Shown: one piece after another, positions 61,434-64,000 of the stretch | How positions within the stretch are numbered: position 1 is the first letter of the stretch | Layout: each line of letters starts with the position of its first letter | From: Tricharina praecox | Lineage: Eukaryota | Assembly (NCBI RefSeq): GCF_024521635.1 | Contig: NW_026250433.1 | Location: 186,001 to 250,000, forward strand | Reading direction: 5' to 3' | Length of the DNA: 64,000 nucleotides | Translations under genes and position numbers: made by a program | Notes under the pieces: generated by a model | What the model was told of the DNA's origin: nothing | What the model saw: only the letters and a program-made list of their open reading frames with translations | Databases searched by the model: none

Positions 61434-62751
61434 CTACTGTGGAACACAAAAATACACCCCATTGTCCTCGTTGGCGAGCACGATGTTATCCAGTGCAAAG
61501 AACTGCCCATACTCAATCTTCTCCCCCGTCTGCAAGTAGACGCTCCACCGCAGCCCTAGCAAGCCTTCCCCGAACCCATCCGTCGGCGGCATCAAAAAGG
61601 TAGTATACTTATCCCTTGTGATTGTCGTCGTAAATATAGCCACTTTTCCCTGCCCATACCCCTCTAGCCGCAACATACACTCCGAAGCCGTCGCTTGGTC
61701 TATCCCGCCACCACTTCCGGAATACGAGAAACATCCCGCGATCCGGAAGCTCAGCAGGCCAAACTTCTTTCCATCCCCCGAGGTGGCCCCGGGTACGGGA
61801 TTCGACAGGTGAGGGTTGAAGAAGATCGCGTTTGGGGACGATGGTGGCAGTCCTAGGGGGAGGGCACCGCCTTTGATTATTTGGAAGCTGGAATGGAAGG
61901 AGAGACCTCTGTAGATACTTGGGAGAGGACCGGCAGTGCTGACTGCCGTGAGATCGTCGAACTGATTCTGTTCAGTAGCTGGGGAAGAGGAGGGATGGGA
62001 AACCAACATGAAGGGTCTGCGTGGTTTTAGGGACTAGAGAAATGCTGCAGGTGCCTTTGCAGCCTGTTGCAGTTGGGAGAGACCCGGTGATAGTGGTGGT
62101 GACGGCTTTCTGGGAATGTTAGCGAGGATCATGCTGGAGAGTAGAGTAGGGGACTCACGGTTACCGTAGTAGTTGTTATGACCGGAGACGGGGTGAGGGT
62201 GGATATAGACACGGAAGTGGACGTCCGTGTGGTGGTCACAGTGGATGTATCTATGTCCGTCGTAGTAGTAATGATTGTGGCCGTAGACGTCGCGGTCTTT
62301 GTCGTAGTCGTCTTTGCCGTAGTCGTCTCCGTAGTCGTCTCCGTCGTGATCACTGGCGGCGGACACGGCGGCACAATCGTGACCGTTGTGGTGACTGTCT
62401 TACTCACCGACACCGTCGTGGGCTTGGTTGTCGTAGTTGTTGAAGTGGTTGTTAAAAACTCAATCCATGTCGTAATCGCAGTCGTAGTAGTGGTCAATAT
62501 CTCTGTCGCCGTCGTAGTCCCGGAGACAGTTGTAGTGATATCCGCTACCTCCCATCAGTTTTTCTCCCTAGTTATGAAGGAGTGGAAGTAAGTATCTCAC
62601 CCTTCTCGGGGCACTTGCATCCAAGTAAGACGCAGAGAGGGTTACATATCAGCGCGGCCGATGGTCCTCCTGAGGCCGGGGGTGCGGCCGCAAGTGCCAC
62701 AGTCGTCAATACTGACAAAAGGAATAGGAAGAAGATGGGGTACTTCTGCAT
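61434..62751 (-). CDS. Secreted Thr-rich (mucin-like) protein with a C-terminal globular domain, 388 aa; introns 62545-62600, 62110-62158, 61962-62007
   Basis: Signal peptide MQKYPIFFLFLLSVLTTVALA, short 4-Cys motif, Thr-rich stalk, then TLH|FDDL...YRGLSF...FALDNIVL; the splice model keeps the frame. Confidence 0.8.
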
Positions 62752-62903
62752 CGTTGAAAGATCGTATACTCCAATTATTGAGCTCACTTCTTACGGCTAC
62801 GAGGAGTGCTTATGTATGTATGTAGATATCTTAACTCGACTGAGGTGCTTAGCAGTGTGATTATGGGTTCGACTCGTGCACATATTCGAGTCCGCATCCG
62901 AGT

Positions 62904-62981
62904 ACACTCAACCCCAACTCCCGAGCCAGTTCACTCAACCCCAACTCCCGAGCCAGTTCACTCAACCCCAACTCCCGAGCC
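62904..62981. repeat. 27-bp tandem repeat x3 upstream of the secreted-protein gene
   Basis: CACTCAACCCCAACTCCCGAGCCAGTT units. Confidence 0.9.
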
Positions 62982-64000
62982 CAAAGTTGCCAGTCGTTCC
63001 AAGCGAATCTTTGACATGACGGGACCTTGCTTCCGTTGGCAAACTGTACATACCGGTACACCCGGTCTAGAGCAGTAGAACTGTGGTACCGGTACATCCG
63101 CTTTCCTGTGTCTTATCATCGGATCGGGGAATCTAGAACCCCATTAATGTACCTTTGTATAAACGTTTTTCTTGTCTTCTGGTGATGGCGGTGGCGGGCT
63201 ACTCTGCCTGGGAACCGATATCGATATTTATTGAAGGTTCGGGTGCATGTGATATCACTCGGCATAATTCCGAGTCAGGTGCAGTTGAAAGGCGCATTCC
63301 CGAGGCAACAGTCCGGCAGATGATTATCCAGATACAAGCACAGGTGACACGAGTGAAGCAGCTCATATCTCTGGGATAGCAATAATCCAATAGGTATGAC
63401 GGTATTGGACTCGGAAGATGGTTGTGAGTCCCCGCGAGTGCGCATGCAAAGATGAATTTGTGCTTCCAACTGCCCAATTCATGGCCACCATAGATTCTGG
63501 CCATTCTTGGGCCGGTAGGTTACTGCCATCCTCCAGGACCAGATACATGCGTGCACCGATGTGTATAAGGCTCGATGGTGAGAATTTTATGAGTACATAA
63601 CCATTGTTATGAGGATCGGACCAGGCACTTTTCTTGCCCTACTCTACTGGACCCGATTGGAGATGTCCTGATGATAGACCAAACGTCTGAAATGGGCTGG
63701 AAGCCAGGGAGTCTTGTGGATCGTGAAAGGGTTCCAAAAATATCCACCGACATGCACGTGGTTTTGACGGATTCCGGAACTTGGAACCTCACTGCAAAGT
63801 CGAATGCTACCATCAACAGTAGTTTCATCTTGTCCCAGCAGTCTCGATAACGCCCGTCTTCCACTTCTCTCCGAAGTTTCCCATGGCCCTTTAAATTTAA
63901 CAGAGATTGACTCTAGCTATGTTACAATACACATTCCGGAATCTGTATCCTTTCTAAGCCTATGGCTTCGGTGCCTGCCTCATCCGCTGCTTCCTTTCCC

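Noticed and set aside
62862..62885. GGTTCGACTC B-box/T-loop
   Set aside because: No flanking T-stem, acceptor stem or A box
63155..64000. Possible decayed gene or transposon fragment at the window end
   Set aside because: Only short ORFs on both strands and no recognisable motif; cannot be supported without a search

Overview
Eukaryotic (fungal) genomic DNA from a filamentous ascomycete, possibly Pezizales (taxonomy is inference from intron signals and gene content). I reconstructed 13 protein-coding genes, most with short GT-AG introns and CTRAC-type branch points: an APH-like kinase, ARD1/NAA10, a Pro-rich orphan, a branched-chain aminotransferase, HEM2, a 2035-aa repeat protein, SEC59, a DUF6601-like protein, an ABHD/Bem46-like hydrolase, an NXPE/PC-esterase-like type II membrane protein, VPH1, SEC18 and a secreted Thr-rich protein. 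Long intergenic tracts are dense in microsatellites. I found no transposon ORFs, rRNA, tRNA or CRISPR arrays. The best candidate for something new is the 2035-aa protein, which combines a SIM, three tandem PP1-docking KKKVSF motifs, several acidic repeat arrays and a basic AT-hook/RxLRSR tail, a Ki-67/ELYS-like design. Next are the apparent multi-layer regulation of the APH kinase gene (ATG-free leader, in-frame extension, possible poison splice acceptor) and a duplicated ~300-bp non-coding element between two convergent genes. All family assignments come from motif recognition; no database search was run.
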